Below are positions 1 through 10,300 of a DNA stretch of 49,649 nucleotides, in pieces (the first letter of the stretch is position 1; each line of letters starts with the position of its first letter). The translations under genes were made by a program, and so were the position numbers. Source of the DNA: a bacterium (GTDB lineage Bacteria; CSSED10-310; JAJRTK01); contig JAJRTK010000459.1 in the NCBI GenBank assembly GCA_024278345.1, forward strand, positions 1-49,649. Direction: 5' to 3'. Below the pieces are notes generated by a model. That model had not been told where the DNA came from. It made no database searches and worked only from the letters and a program-made list of their open reading frames with translations.

Positions 1-342
1 ATCGTGGGCGTGTACATTGGCAGCCGCGACCGGAGTGGAGCTCGTGGTCTGTGGCGGTCTCTGCCGGCGGTCTATCGTCAGTGCGCCACGGCCTACACCG
101 ACTTTTGGTCGTCGTACGAGGCAGTTTTTCCCAGCAGTCGCCATCGCCCAAGCGAGAAGAGGAGCGGCAGAACCAGCCTCATCGAACGCCTGAACAACAC
201 GCTCAGGCAGCGCATCTCGCGACTCGTGCGCAAGACCCTGTCGTTTTCCAAGAAGCTCTCCAACCATATCGGCGCTATCTGGACCTTTGTTCATCACTAC
301 AATGCCACCATCCGAGCCAAAAGCCGTGTCATCACTACCTAA
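1..342 (+). CDS. IS1-family transposase (InsB-like DDE), C-terminal part, truncated by window start
   Basis: Motifs YTDFWSSYEAVFP and IERLNNTLRQRISRLVRKTLSFSKK...HIGAI are characteristic of IS1-family InsB. Confidence 0.92.
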   Translation: MVGVYIGSRDRSGARGLWRSLPAVYRQCATAYTDFWSSYEAVFPSSRHRPSEKRSGRTSLIERLNNTLRQRISRLVRKTLSFSKKLSNHIGAIWTFVHHYNATIRAKSRVITT

Positions 343-353
343 TCAGGACTACC
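1..353 (+). mobile_element. Right end of IS1-family insertion sequence
   Basis: After the transposase stop, the reverse complement of 330-353 reads GGTAGTCCTGATTAGGTAGTGATG, a GGTAG-starting IS1-type terminal repeat; the left end is outside the window. Confidence 0.75.
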
Positions 354-597
354 GAAAAATGTTATCGCTGCCGGTTCCGAATCCTCCCTGAAGGAGCCGA
401 AGAGTATTGAGTATCCCCTGCCGGGAAATCCGCATTAATCCCACTTCTCAAATCATGCGACGGACTTTTGGTTCGAAAATTCGGGTGCTTTTTCATACCA
501 CAGGACGTGTTTCCATAACTCCCAAACTGGCCGCTCGGCTCAAGTCATTAATATAACAGGGATTTCCCCACCGGACGAGCTTCGGACTTCGTCCAGA

Positions 598-629
598 GAA
601 AACAGAGAATCAGGGGGAAAACAGAGAAT
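598..629 (+). repeat. 13-bp direct repeat GAAAACAGAGAAT x2 (possible integrase arm sites)
   Basis: Exact copies at 598-610 and 617-629, with degenerate GAGAAT copies nearby. Confidence 0.5.
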
Positions 630-721
630 GAAAGGCTGGAGAATGGTAGAAATGAGGCGGGTGGAGAGGGGGCGGTCGTCGATGTGAAAACCACCCAAAC
701 CCTTTGAATACAAGGAAAAAT

Positions 722-775
722 AGAAAACCCGTCACCCCGTAGAAGACCTGCGGAGAGACGGGTTGTCTTTTTTCA
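722..775 (-). terminator. Putative intrinsic terminator hairpin downstream of tmRNA
   Basis: AACCCGTC...GACGGGTT stem flanked by A/T tracts on both sides, directly 3' of ssrA. Confidence 0.65.
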
Positions 776-780
776 GACGA

Positions 781-1140
781 TGGAGGCGGCGGGAATCGAA
801 CCCGCGTCCGAAGACCTTCGGCAAACTGAACGTCTACATGCTTATCCCGCCTTTTAGTGTCTCCGCCGCGGGGCCTGGCGGGCTGGCGCGGCGACGGATG
901 AAGCCCGAAAAAGTTCGCCGTAGGAGCCTCGGGCAGGGCTCCGCGAGCTATCTCGATTTAATAACAGTCGATCCCGATCCGTCGAGAAAAAACCGGGCGA
1001 CCGCGCTGCCTTTATTTAGGCGGCGAGAGCCAATTCAGGTTCGTTGGCACTTATTGTTTTGCCGCTTTTTTACGGGGCCAGCGGCGTCCCCGACATGCAG
1101 TCCAGACCTCAATTATCCCCGTCGAAGCCTTGTCGCCCCC
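781..1140 (-). ncRNA. ssrA: tmRNA (SsrA), tag peptide (A)ANEPELALAA
   Basis: 5' end GGGGGCGACAAGGCTTCGACGGGG; 3' T-arm/acceptor GGACGCGGGTTCGATTCCCGCCGCCTCCA; tag ORF 1048-1016 encodes ANEPELALAA-stop; terminal CCA not encoded. Confidence 0.97.
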
Positions 1141-1149
1141 ATTCCTGTA

Positions 1150-1155
1150 ACTATA
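1150..1155 (-). promoter_or_regulatory. Possible -10 element (TATAGT) of ssrA promoter
   Basis: TATAGT about 10 nt upstream of the mature 5' end; no convincing -35. Confidence 0.3.
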
Positions 1156-1548
1156 AAGCACTGACTTAGAACCAACCTGTCCAACAACCCATGGGGTAGC
1201 AAAGTTCCCCGTGACTGGCATCGAACAGCCCGCTGGCGACGAAACAGATGGAATCGGCCATCCATCCAAAGAGGTCTTGACGGTCTCACGTGGAGGCGAT
1301 TTTGACGGCGGGTGGTGGGTTCGCTCCCTTGAACCCGACCCCTTCTTGGGCGGCGAACGGTTTTCCTTGGCTTGTTTTCCCGGCAAACAACCCGCTACAA
1401 TGCTTTTTGACGCGGGCGCCCTGGACAAAGGCGCGGTTGCCCTGGACAGGTGATTTTTGGCGACGCGGAAAGGGCTCTTGGGGCTGGCACTTTTGTGGGA
1501 GGCCGGACAAAAGAGGGCAGAGCTAGGAACGGGGAAAGAGGAGTAACC

Positions 1549-2112
1549 ATGGACGGGGCGAGGTGGCCAAAGTGGGTAGGCGGGGCGGGGATGGTATGGG
1601 GAATCATCGGCGTCCTTGGAGCCGTGCAATCGTTTTTGCTCTCGCCGATGATCGAAGCGCAGCAGAGTGCTTTGGTCAAGGTTCACCGCTCGCTGGAACG
1701 GCGGATTCTCGGCGGCGATTCGGGCTCGGAGGCTGGGAAGGAAGATGGCGGCCCGTCGTTTGACGAACGCCAGCGGCTGAAGCAAGGGATGAAGCTGATT
1801 CGGGAATTCGGACCGGTCCCTCCCTGGATCCATATCTGGATGCCGGGGTTGGGGCTGCTGGGACTCTTGGTGGCGGCCCTTTACATTTATGGATCGATGC
1901 TTTTGCTGCGAAGGGAGTATCAATCGATTTTCTTTTTCTACTTTGCAGCGGGCGCGGGCGCGGTCCTCGGCCTCTTGCGTGCAATGATAGCGGCGCTTTC
2001 GTTTTCTTTTTTGGGGCTTGGGTTATCCATGCAAGGGCTCTTTGCCACCACGGCCAATTTGCTGTTTTTGTACATCGTTACCAACAGCGACAAGAGGAAA
2101 CTGACACGGTAA
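1549..2112 (+). CDS. Hypothetical integral membrane protein (about 4 TM segments)
   Basis: GAGGAG RBS before ATG 1549; several hydrophobic segments. Confidence 0.7.
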   Translation: MDGARWPKWVGGAGMVWGIIGVLGAVQSFLLSPMIEAQQSALVKVHRSLERRILGGDSGSEAGKEDGGPSFDERQRLKQGMKLIREFGPVPPWIHIWMPGLGLLGLLVAALYIYGSMLLLRREYQSIFFFYFAAGAGAVLGLLRAMIAALSFSFLGLGLSMQGLFATTANLLFLYIVTNSDKRKLTR

Positions 2113-2185
2113 TCGAGCTCCTGGACAGATGACATCGCGCCGGTGAGGCTGACGCTTTCCGGCACCATCAACATTTTGGAAGACC

Positions 2186-5100
2186 ATGGACATCCGGGGA
2201 AAGAAGATGCTTGAATTTCGGAAGAGGGGCGCCGGAAAGTGGCGCATGGTTCTAGGCGGAATGGGGATTGCGCTGATGGCGCTAAGATTGCCAGCTCCAG
2301 CGGGGGCCGGTTCTTTCGTCATTAACGAGATCGTCGCTGATCCTCAGCAGGATTGGGGGCAGTCGAGCGGTGGGAGCGGAACGCCATTCGACGGTGTCCC
2401 CGGCGACGGAGCCCGGGGGGATACTGACGAGTATATCGAGATCAAGAACATCTCGGGGACAGCAGCGGCCCTTAGCGGTTACACGCTGATCATGGACGAT
2501 GGCACGGCAGCGGAGGACACCTTTGGGGGTTCGGGAAGCAACGCGCTGCATTACCGGATCTTTGACTCCGCCGGCACGTTGGTGGGATCAGATCCAGCCG
2601 TGGCGGTTCCCGCCGGGGGCTATCTGGTGCTGGGAAACCCCAGCGGAGCTCTTGGGGTCAGTGCCGTGCTCACGGTGACTCTCTTTGACACTTCCCAGCA
2701 AGTGGTGGAGATCGTCACGGTCCCGGCCAACGGCGCGAACGCCGGCTCCGTGGCGGACGAGGCCTATTCCCGGTTCCCTGACGGTGATCCCGATCCCAAC
2801 GCCGCATTCGTGCTTCGGAGCGCCACGCTGGGCAGGTCCAACGGGAGCTATTGCCAAATCGCCACGGGAGAAGCGGTGATCAACGAGGTCGTTGGCGATC
2901 CCATGAGTAATTGGGACCGATCAGACGACGCTGGGGTGATTCCCGGTGGAGAGACCCCCTTCAATGGCACCGCGGCGGCGACAGGCAAGATCAGCGAGCC
3001 CGACGAGTATGTGGAGCTGAAAAATGTCTCGGTGGGTTCCCTCGACTTTACGGGCTGCGTGCTGGATATGCTGGACAGCGCCTCTGGATCGGAATCGTTC
3101 CTCATGACCGGAACCGACGCCCCGGCCGACCCGTGGATCCGTGTCTTCGACTCGGCTGGGACCCTGCTTGGCACGGCGCCGAAGCTTGCCAGCGTGCCCG
3201 CTGGCGGGTACGTGCTGGTGGGCAATCCCCCCGGAGGAATGAACCTGGGCTCCAGCTCGTCTCCAACAGTGCTTGTTCTGCGGAATGGACCCGCGGCGGC
3301 CCGGGCGGCGACGGATATTGATCGGGTGAGCTTTGGCTCGGATGCGCCCAACCTCAACGCCAGTGGCCCGGGAGACGAAGCCATCGGGCGATTCCCCGAT
3401 GGGCGGGACACCGGCGTAGGTGCTGACGATTTCATGGCCGGAGCAGGCACGCCTGGCCGCTCCAACGGCGACGGTTCGCCGGCGCTGCCCGGTGAAGTGG
3501 TGATCAACGAAGTCGTGATCGTTCCCGGCAAGGACTACAACCAGAGCGGGGCCATCACGGGATCGGATCAGTTGCTGGAGTTCCTGAACAAGAGCGGCCG
3601 GACGCTGGATCTCACCGGCTGGCGGCTAAAGATGATCGACACGACCCCGGCGAGCCAACCGCTGGACAGCGCCGAAGCCATCACCTTCTCCGACCCGAAC
3701 GATCCCAACGCCAGCAGCTTTACCGCCTGGCGAAACGGCGTCTATATGGTGGTCCTGAACCCGTCGGGGGAGATGAACAGCGATGTTTACGTCCAGCTCT
3801 TGGATCTTGAGGGGACCCTGGTGGACGACGTGGAGATCGGCGGCAACACGCGGAACAAAGACTATGAAGGGGATGGCCCCGGGGACGGCGCACCGGAGAG
3901 CGGGGACAACGCCAAGGCTTACGGACTGGGCGACACGGGGATCGCACGGGAACCCGACGGCGTGGACACAAACAACGACATCGCCGATTTTCTGAAGCAA
4001 GAACCGACGCTGGCCCAGGAATTCCCGCCGGTGGGGGCGTCGAACACCATTGATCGGAGTGGCGACACTACAGGGCCGGGGCTGAACCTTGGAGCCACGA
4101 CGTCCGGAACGGGTTTCCCGGTATCCGGCGAAGCGGTGATTGCTTTCACGGAACCAGTGGCCACGACAGCGGTAAGCGACCTTTTGGTCTACCTCCAGCC
4201 CTCGGGGAGCGGGGGTCCTCCTGAGGGTTTCACGACGATTCTCAGTTTCATTCGGGGAGGAGACGACGATGAGATCCTGCTTCGTCCTCTGGGCGCTCTG
4301 GACTACAGCACGAGCTACGACATCGTAGTGGTGGCCGGCATCACCGACCGAGCTGGAAACGCCGCGACCTTCACCGGCGTCGTGTCGAGCTTTACCACCG
4401 AAGGGCCTCCCACCCAGCCGGGAAGCGTCGTGCTGAACGAAGTGGTCTCCGATCCACAACGAGACTGGAAAGGAACCGGCTTCGCCGATCCCAACGCACC
4501 CCAGGGCAGCAACGCCTCCAGCGACGAGTGGATCGAGCTCTACAACCGAAGCGGTGGAGCCGTCTCCAATCTTTCGGCCTGGACCCTCACCATGCTGGAT
4601 CGATCCAGAGCCGAGACTCTCCTTGGAGATTTCGCGGACGGACACTCGGTGACCTGCTTCAGCTCGGCAGGAGTGCCAGAAGCTGGCACGGGCTGCCTGA
4701 CGACTCTTGCCGCCGGTGCTTACCTGGTCATTGGCGACCCCCCCGGAAGCCTGTCGAACGATATCTACCTGGAACTTCGGGATGGCGCTGGATCGGTGGT
4801 GGACTCGGTGGAGATCGGCGGCAATACAGCCGCCACCGATTTTGGCGGAGACGGAGTGGACAACGGAGCCCCAGGACCCGGAGCCGACGGCGATGCCAAG
4901 GGGCTTTTTGACGAGGTCATGGCACGGGTCCCCAACGGTAGCGACACGGGGCAAGACGCCACGGACTGGGTACAACAGGCGGCGACTCTTGGGAAATCCA
5001 ACGCCGTGGGCCCCGCGCCAAACGATGGCGCCCCGGAATTGGTCTCCTTCGTCCCAAGCCAGACACTGGGCGGCGGGACAGGCCGGTGGCGGGTCGATAC

Positions 5101-6709
5101 CGACCTGGTCCTCACCTTCACTGAACCCATCGACCCCGCCTCGGTGGACAGCACGACCGTCACTTTGGCATCTGGAGGCGACAAGGTGAGCCTTGGCTTC
5201 GATTTCGCCGCCAACGAAACAGAATTGACCCTGAGCTTCGCCCGAGGGCTCCTCTTCGGCCGCATCTACACGCTGACGCTTCTTGGGGGCGCCGGCGGCG
5301 TCGCCGACCGGTCGGGGCAGCCTCTGGATGGCAACACCGTGCGGCAGCTCACCACGGAGACCGCGCCATCGAGCCCGGCAAGCGTCGTCATCAACGAGGT
5401 GGTGACCGACCCACAGCACGACTGGAATGACTCGGTCTACCAGCAGGGAGCCCCCTTCGACGCCGATGCTCGCGACTACATCGCCACCAGCGGTGACGAG
5501 TGGATCGAGCTCTACAACCGGAGTCCTTCGACGGTGGATCTCACCGGTTACGTTCTGGTGATGAAGGACTCAGATTACCAAGGCTACACCATCGCCGGCG
5601 GCCGCGCGGCTTCGGAGCATTATACCGCCGGCAGCGGCTCTGGCGTCCTTGCCAGCGACGGTTACATGGTGTTGGGCGATCCCACGGGGACGCTGTCAGA
5701 TGACATTTTCGTGGCGCTGCGAAGATCGGATGGGACTCTGGTGGATGCGGTTCTTGTGGACGGGGCCGCGGACACCACGGCGGACGAAGCTTTTGCTCGG
5801 CTCCCCAACGGCAGCGATACAGGGGTGGATCGTCAGGACTTCGGAAAGACGACCGCCACGATCCTTGGGGAGAATATCGGCCCTGCGCCGGCGGAACCCG
5901 TCCGGCCTGGGGAAGTCCTCATCACCGAGGTCAACGTCGATCCCAAGAGCGACTGGAACGATTCAACCCAGGACCCGACGAACAACCCCGGGGTCCCGTT
6001 CGACCCCAACGCGGCCACGGGCGCCGATATCGACATCACCAGCAGCGACGAATACGTGGAGATCGCCAATGTCAGCGGCCGGACCCTGGACCTCACGGGC
6101 TGGACACTGGTGATGGTCGATTCCAGTCCGACCCTTTACTCCATCGGCGCCTCTTCCGCGGTGGAATACTTCTTCGGTACGGGATGCACCATCGACGCCT
6201 TTGCCGACGCCTGCATTCTGGTGGTGGGAAACCCGTCCGGGACGCTGAACAACGACGTGTACGTCGCCCTCCTGGACCCGGCGGGAGAAGTCATCGACAA
6301 GGTGGAGATCGGAGGCCGGAGTGCCACGAACAACTACGAGGCCGATGACGACTATGACGGGGAGGTGGACGAGGATCCGGTGGATGGCGAGGATACCGAC
6401 GGCGACGGACTGGTGGACGAAGACCCGGAAAATCCTGACGAGCCGCCTGGCGACGGTATTCCAGCCGGCGGAAACGGAAAGTCCATCGGCATCTTCGACG
6501 AGGCCTTCCTCCGCGTCGCCCGAACCGGTGTGGATCAGCAAGACTGGATTCGGGGCTTCGGAAAACCCGGACAAGCGGATCTTGATCCCATCCGACCGGT
6601 GCCCATGAACGCCGTGCCAAGAATCGTCTGGCTCCTGCTCTTCTTTCTCCTGGCCGGGGGAGCGGTCCTTCGGATCAGAAGGCGATCAACGAGGGGAACA
6701 AGTCCGTAA
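2186..6709 (+). CDS. Large surface protein with six lamin-tail domains, two Ig-like (Big_5-type) domains and a C-terminal membrane anchor
   Basis: Signal peptide; six repeats starting V(I/L)NE(V/I)V..P with DE(Y/W)(I/V)E.xNxS..DLTG; FTEP-containing Ig modules; DxDxDG acidic stretch; C-terminal TM plus RIRRR. Exact start uncertain. Confidence 0.85.
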   Translation: MDIRGKKMLEFRKRGAGKWRMVLGGMGIALMALRLPAPAGAGSFVINEIVADPQQDWGQSSGGSGTPFDGVPGDGARGDTDEYIEIKNISGTAAALSGYTLIMDDGTAAEDTFGGSGSNALHYRIFDSAGTLVGSDPAVAVPAGGYLVLGNPSGALGVSAVLTVTLFDTSQQVVEIVTVPANGANAGSVADEAYSRFPDGDPDPNAAFVLRSATLGRSNGSYCQIATGEAVINEVVGDPMSNWDRSDDAGVIPGGETPFNGTAAATGKISEPDEYVELKNVSVGSLDFTGCVLDMLDSASGSESFLMTGTDAPADPWIRVFDSAGTLLGTAPKLASVPAGGYVLVGNPPGGMNLGSSSSPTVLVLRNGPAAARAATDIDRVSFGSDAPNLNASGPGDEAIGRFPDGRDTGVGADDFMAGAGTPGRSNGDGSPALPGEVVINEVVIVPGKDYNQSGAITGSDQLLEFLNKSGRTLDLTGWRLKMIDTTPASQPLDSAEAITFSDPNDPNASSFTAWRNGVYMVVLNPSGEMNSDVYVQLLDLEGTLVDDVEIGGNTRNKDYEGDGPGDGAPESGDNAKAYGLGDTGIAREPDGVDTNNDIADFLKQEPTLAQEFPPVGASNTIDRSGDTTGPGLNLGATTSGTGFPVSGEAVIAFTEPVATTAVSDLLVYLQPSGSGGPPEGFTTILSFIRGGDDDEILLRPLGALDYSTSYDIVVVAGITDRAGNAATFTGVVSSFTTEGPPTQPGSVVLNEVVSDPQRDWKGTGFADPNAPQGSNASSDEWIELYNRSGGAVSNLSAWTLTMLDRSRAETLLGDFADGHSVTCFSSAGVPEAGTGCLTTLAAGAYLVIGDPPGSLSNDIYLELRDGAGSVVDSVEIGGNTAATDFGGDGVDNGAPGPGADGDAKGLFDEVMARVPNGSDTGQDATDWVQQAATLGKSNAVGPAPNDGAPELVSFVPSQTLGGGTGRWRVDTDLVLTFTEPIDPASVDSTTVTLASGGDKVSLGFDFAANETELTLSFARGLLFGRIYTLTLLGGAGGVADRSGQPLDGNTVRQLTTETAPSSPASVVINEVVTDPQHDWNDSVYQQGAPFDADARDYIATSGDEWIELYNRSPSTVDLTGYVLVMKDSDYQGYTIAGGRAASEHYTAGSGSGVLASDGYMVLGDPTGTLSDDIFVALRRSDGTLVDAVLVDGAADTTADEAFARLPNGSDTGVDRQDFGKTTATILGENIGPAPAEPVRPGEVLITEVNVDPKSDWNDSTQDPTNNPGVPFDPNAATGADIDITSSDEYVEIANVSGRTLDLTGWTLVMVDSSPTLYSIGASSAVEYFFGTGCTIDAFADACILVVGNPSGTLNNDVYVALLDPAGEVIDKVEIGGRSATNNYEADDDYDGEVDEDPVDGEDTDGDGLVDEDPENPDEPPGDGIPAGGNGKSIGIFDEAFLRVARTGVDQQDWIRGFGKPGQADLDPIRPVPMNAVPRIVWLLLFFLLAGGAVLRIRRRSTRGTSP

Positions 6710-6742
6710 CCCCGGCCGAAGCTTCATCCGGAGGTGGAAACG

Positions 6743-6826
6743 GGGCGAGTGGCGGCGGCCGGGGGGAACTCGCGCCGTAGGCGTGGGTCGTGCCGACGGG
6801 AGCGGACCCCAACACAAAAAAAAGAA
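6743..6826 (+). repeat. Dispersed structured motif (family C), copy 1
   Basis: GGCGAGT-[hairpin]-GGGAGCGGA-N3-CAAC-N2-A-tract; first 20 nt identical to 22691-22710. Confidence 0.6.
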
Positions 6827-6967
6827 CGCCTTTTCTTCCCCGGAAAGGGGCCCATGCGCCGGCTTGAACCTTGCTGCTTCGCGGTCCATGGGCTCTGCTT
6901 CCTGAAATGGCTCAGGATCCCTTTTCCGGATCCCGGAGTTTTCATCGAGGAGGCACCCCTGGCAGAG

Positions 6968-7252
6968 TCAAAACATGAGGGAAAGCTCTTCCAACCTGCC
7001 CAACTCTCTGTAAAGCTCTCGCACTTGCGCCGCCGACGCGGCCACGACTTCCAACGTGACACAGAGGTGCCGGCCTTTGGAGCTGGAGCGGGTGCTGAGC
7101 CTTGGGTCTCCCGCAACCCCCGTCACCTGGAGAACCACGGCACGAACCCTTTGAGAAAAAGTCGTCGATGACTTGGAAAAGAGCTTGATAGTGAACTGGC
7201 CCGGGAAAGAATGTGCCGCCTCCAACGCCTCGATGGAGGGAAGGTTGTCCAT
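6968..7252 (-). CDS. DUF493/YbeD-family protein
   Basis: 94 aa with H.FP..FTIK and SSKG.H.CVTL motifs of the YbeD-like fold. Confidence 0.8.
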   Translation of the reverse strand: MDNLPSIEALEAAHSFPGQFTIKLFSKSSTTFSQRVRAVVLQVTGVAGDPRLSTRSSSKGRHLCVTLEVVAASAAQVRELYRELGRLEELSLMF

Positions 7253-7363
7253 GTCCGTGTCTCCGGTTATGCTAGTATCGGTAACCACCAGCGGTTTTTT
7301 CTTGCGCCCAAACAGCCAGCATTTTACAGTGGTTCGCAAACAAAGCACAACGGAGCCGGAACC

Positions 7364-10300
7364 ATGAAAAACCGCCAACCGACTCGTTCTACGGGATGCT
7401 CGATTTCTTCGGCCATCTCCTTGACCAGGGACTCCTTCCATTTCTGTTGTCTTCCGCTCCCGTCGGCGGCAATCCGTCCGCCGCCAGTCGCCTGTTTGAT
7501 CTTCGCGATTCTATTCTTCGGAGGCCCGGCAGAGGCGGTTCCCCACAAGGCGCCGAGCAGCGGGCTGGTAGCCCCGGTGACCACCACCTGGGCCGAAGTC
7601 TTTCGGCGGCAGGCCGAACTCCGGGCCCGTCCGGACCGGGAGAGACAGCCCAGTATAAGTCCGTACATCTCCCGTATGGAGTATCAGTATCCCGACCTCA
7701 TCATCGCCGAAAGAAAGAGGATCGCCGACTTCGAAGCGGCCGTGCGGCGGGCCATTGCCAATGGAGAGGAGCCGCCCCGGTTTTGGCAACCGTATGATCC
7801 GGAAGTGGACCAGATGGATGCTTCAGCGGAGGAGGTGCCGCCCGCGGGTTCTTCAGCGGAGGTCGGGCCGCCTGAAGGTTCCCGGTCTGGGCCCATCCTT
7901 GCTCCCAGTCCATACGCGAACTGGTCTGGGTTGAGCGATACAGGGAGGCCGTCCGATTCTCACTTGGCGGTGGGGCCGGCTCATGTTGGAATCATGGTCA
8001 ACAAGGAGCTGGCCTTCTACACCAAGGATGGGACCATGGTCCGGGGGCCGGTCAATTACGAGGCGTGGTGGTCCAGCGCGCCGGTGCCCAACGATCTCTT
8101 CGACCCGAAGATCGTCTACGACAGCCAGAACGGCCACTGGATCATGCTGGCCATCAACGGGCGATCTGGCGATCCCGAAACCTACTTTGCGATCTCCGTC
8201 TCCCAGACGAGTAACCCGGAGGGGGTCTGGTGGACCTGGTATCTCCGATCCGACATGGATGGAGGCACGGACACGGCGTTGTGGGCCGACTACCCGGGGC
8301 TCGGCTTTGACAGCGGCGACATGACCACCAGTACGACCACGGGAGGAGCCGTTTACATCACGTCGAACCAGTTCGATTCCAGCGGAAGCTTCCAATACGC
8401 CAAATTGCGGGTCGTCGCCAAGCACCAGCTTTACACGGGAGGCAATGTGGGCTGGTGGGATTTTTGGGGCTACAGCCACAACTTGATCCCGGTCTTCACC
8501 TGGAAACCGGCGGTCACCATGAGCTCCACGGGAACGAGCCCCACGGAGTATCTCATCAACTCCCTCTCCGCGGGCACCTTTGGAATCGCGAATTACGTGG
8601 TGAAATGGAGGGTGACCCAGCCGCTGTCAGCTTCGGGGCCCACGCTCAGTGGCGGCGACACCGTCAGTACCAATTCCTATAGCGTGCCACCGGCGGCCAA
8701 GCAGCTCGATGGTGGATCGACGATCCTCATTGACAGCAACGATTGCCGGACTCAGGACCTCCAGTACCGCGGCGGCTACCTCTATCTTGCCATCGGCGAT
8801 GCTTCGGACTTCGGCTCGGGAGACGTCGAGGCTGTCATCCACGTCTTCAAGATCAACGCTTCCAGCAACAACGTGGTTTGGGATAACCGGTACGGCGCCA
8901 ACAACCTGTACTACTCCTACCCGAACATCATGGCCGATGCCGATGGCGATGTCATCATCGGTTTTTCAAGGAGTGGCTCCACCATCTATCCGGAAGTCCG
9001 CGTCACGGGTCGTCTGAGCACCGACACCCAGATCCAGGGAAGCGCCCTGGTGAAAGCTGGCGAGGCGATGTACAACCCCACGACGGATCAAGTGGACCGT
9101 TGGGGAGACTACAACGGAGTGGGAGTCGATTGTGCCGGAGACGGGAAGGGCGGTTGGGTCATGAGCCAATACGGTGTCTCCAGCAATACCTGGGCCACCT
9201 GGGTGGGCGGCTCCAGCTTCGGGAGCCCCAACGTGCTCCATCTCAATGAGGGGGACTCCCTCTGGACCAGTACGGCGCCTCGGTACTTCACCTGGAAGAT
9301 CTATTCTTATGACTGGGCGGGAACAGCCATCTACAACAGCTTGGGAGGCGACAATGACCTGGCAGTCTCGGATACCTGCCCGTTCGGAGTACCCTATCAG
9401 TCCTCCACATACGGCACGGACGTCCGGGATTTCGTCGTGGCCAACGGCGCCCAATACGGGACGGTCTACCACCACTCCCGGGTAACGCACTACGGTGGAG
9501 CCTCTGGTTACCGGATCGAAGCACGAAACCAGGCGACGGATCGGAGCGTGGGAAGCACGGCCACCGACAGCCTGGCCTCCTCCGAGCTGATGGATCTCTT
9601 CGAGGTCACCCTCGTCAGTGGCAAGAGCTATGCCGCCGTGGTGGACATTCAAGACGGAACCGCGGACCTCGATCTTTGGGCCTTTAAAGGTACCAGGCAG
9701 AGTGGCCGAAGAGGCGACAACGACGGCAGTTCCCAAACCACGGGGGCGGGGCTGGACGAAACCTTGGCTTTTACAGCCAGCGAGAGCTCCAAGTGGGGAT
9801 TCGTAGTCCTCAACGAAAACTTTGGGAGCAGCAACTACACCTTCCGGGTCTGGCTTGCCCCTATTGTCGCTGCTATCGGTGACGAGACGATCGCCGGCGG
9901 TCTCGCCTATACAGGCCCCACGCCCAGCTTGACCGAGGGAACGCCTTCTGTTGCCTGGAGCCTCAGCACGGGCCCCACCGGCATGACCATCGACTCGGCC
10001 ACGGGCGTGGTCTCCTGGACTTCGCCAACGGCAGGCACCCACACCATCTCCATCCAGGCCGACAACCCCGCTGGCAGCGATAGCGAAAGCTGGCTCCTTA
10101 CCGTCCTGGCCACGCCGACGCCGACTCCTTCGGACACGCCTACCACGACATCGACACCAACCGTCACGGAGACCCCAACCCAAACCTTGACCCCGACAAA
10201 GAGCCCCTCTCCCAGCAACACGCCAACCATGACACTCACGCTGACGGGAACCATCACACCACTGGCCACGGCCACGGAAACCCAACTCTCTCCCACACAG

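Noticed and set aside
781-812. tRNA-like T-arm and acceptor sequence
   Set aside because: It is the 3' tRNA-like domain of the tmRNA; no anticodon arm, and the matching 5' end is at 1140
3626-5419. Long antisense ORFs (also 20021-21853, 22858-24363, 8966-10285, 29077-29955)
   Set aside because: Shadow frames of well-supported genes in GC-rich DNA with no recognisable motifs
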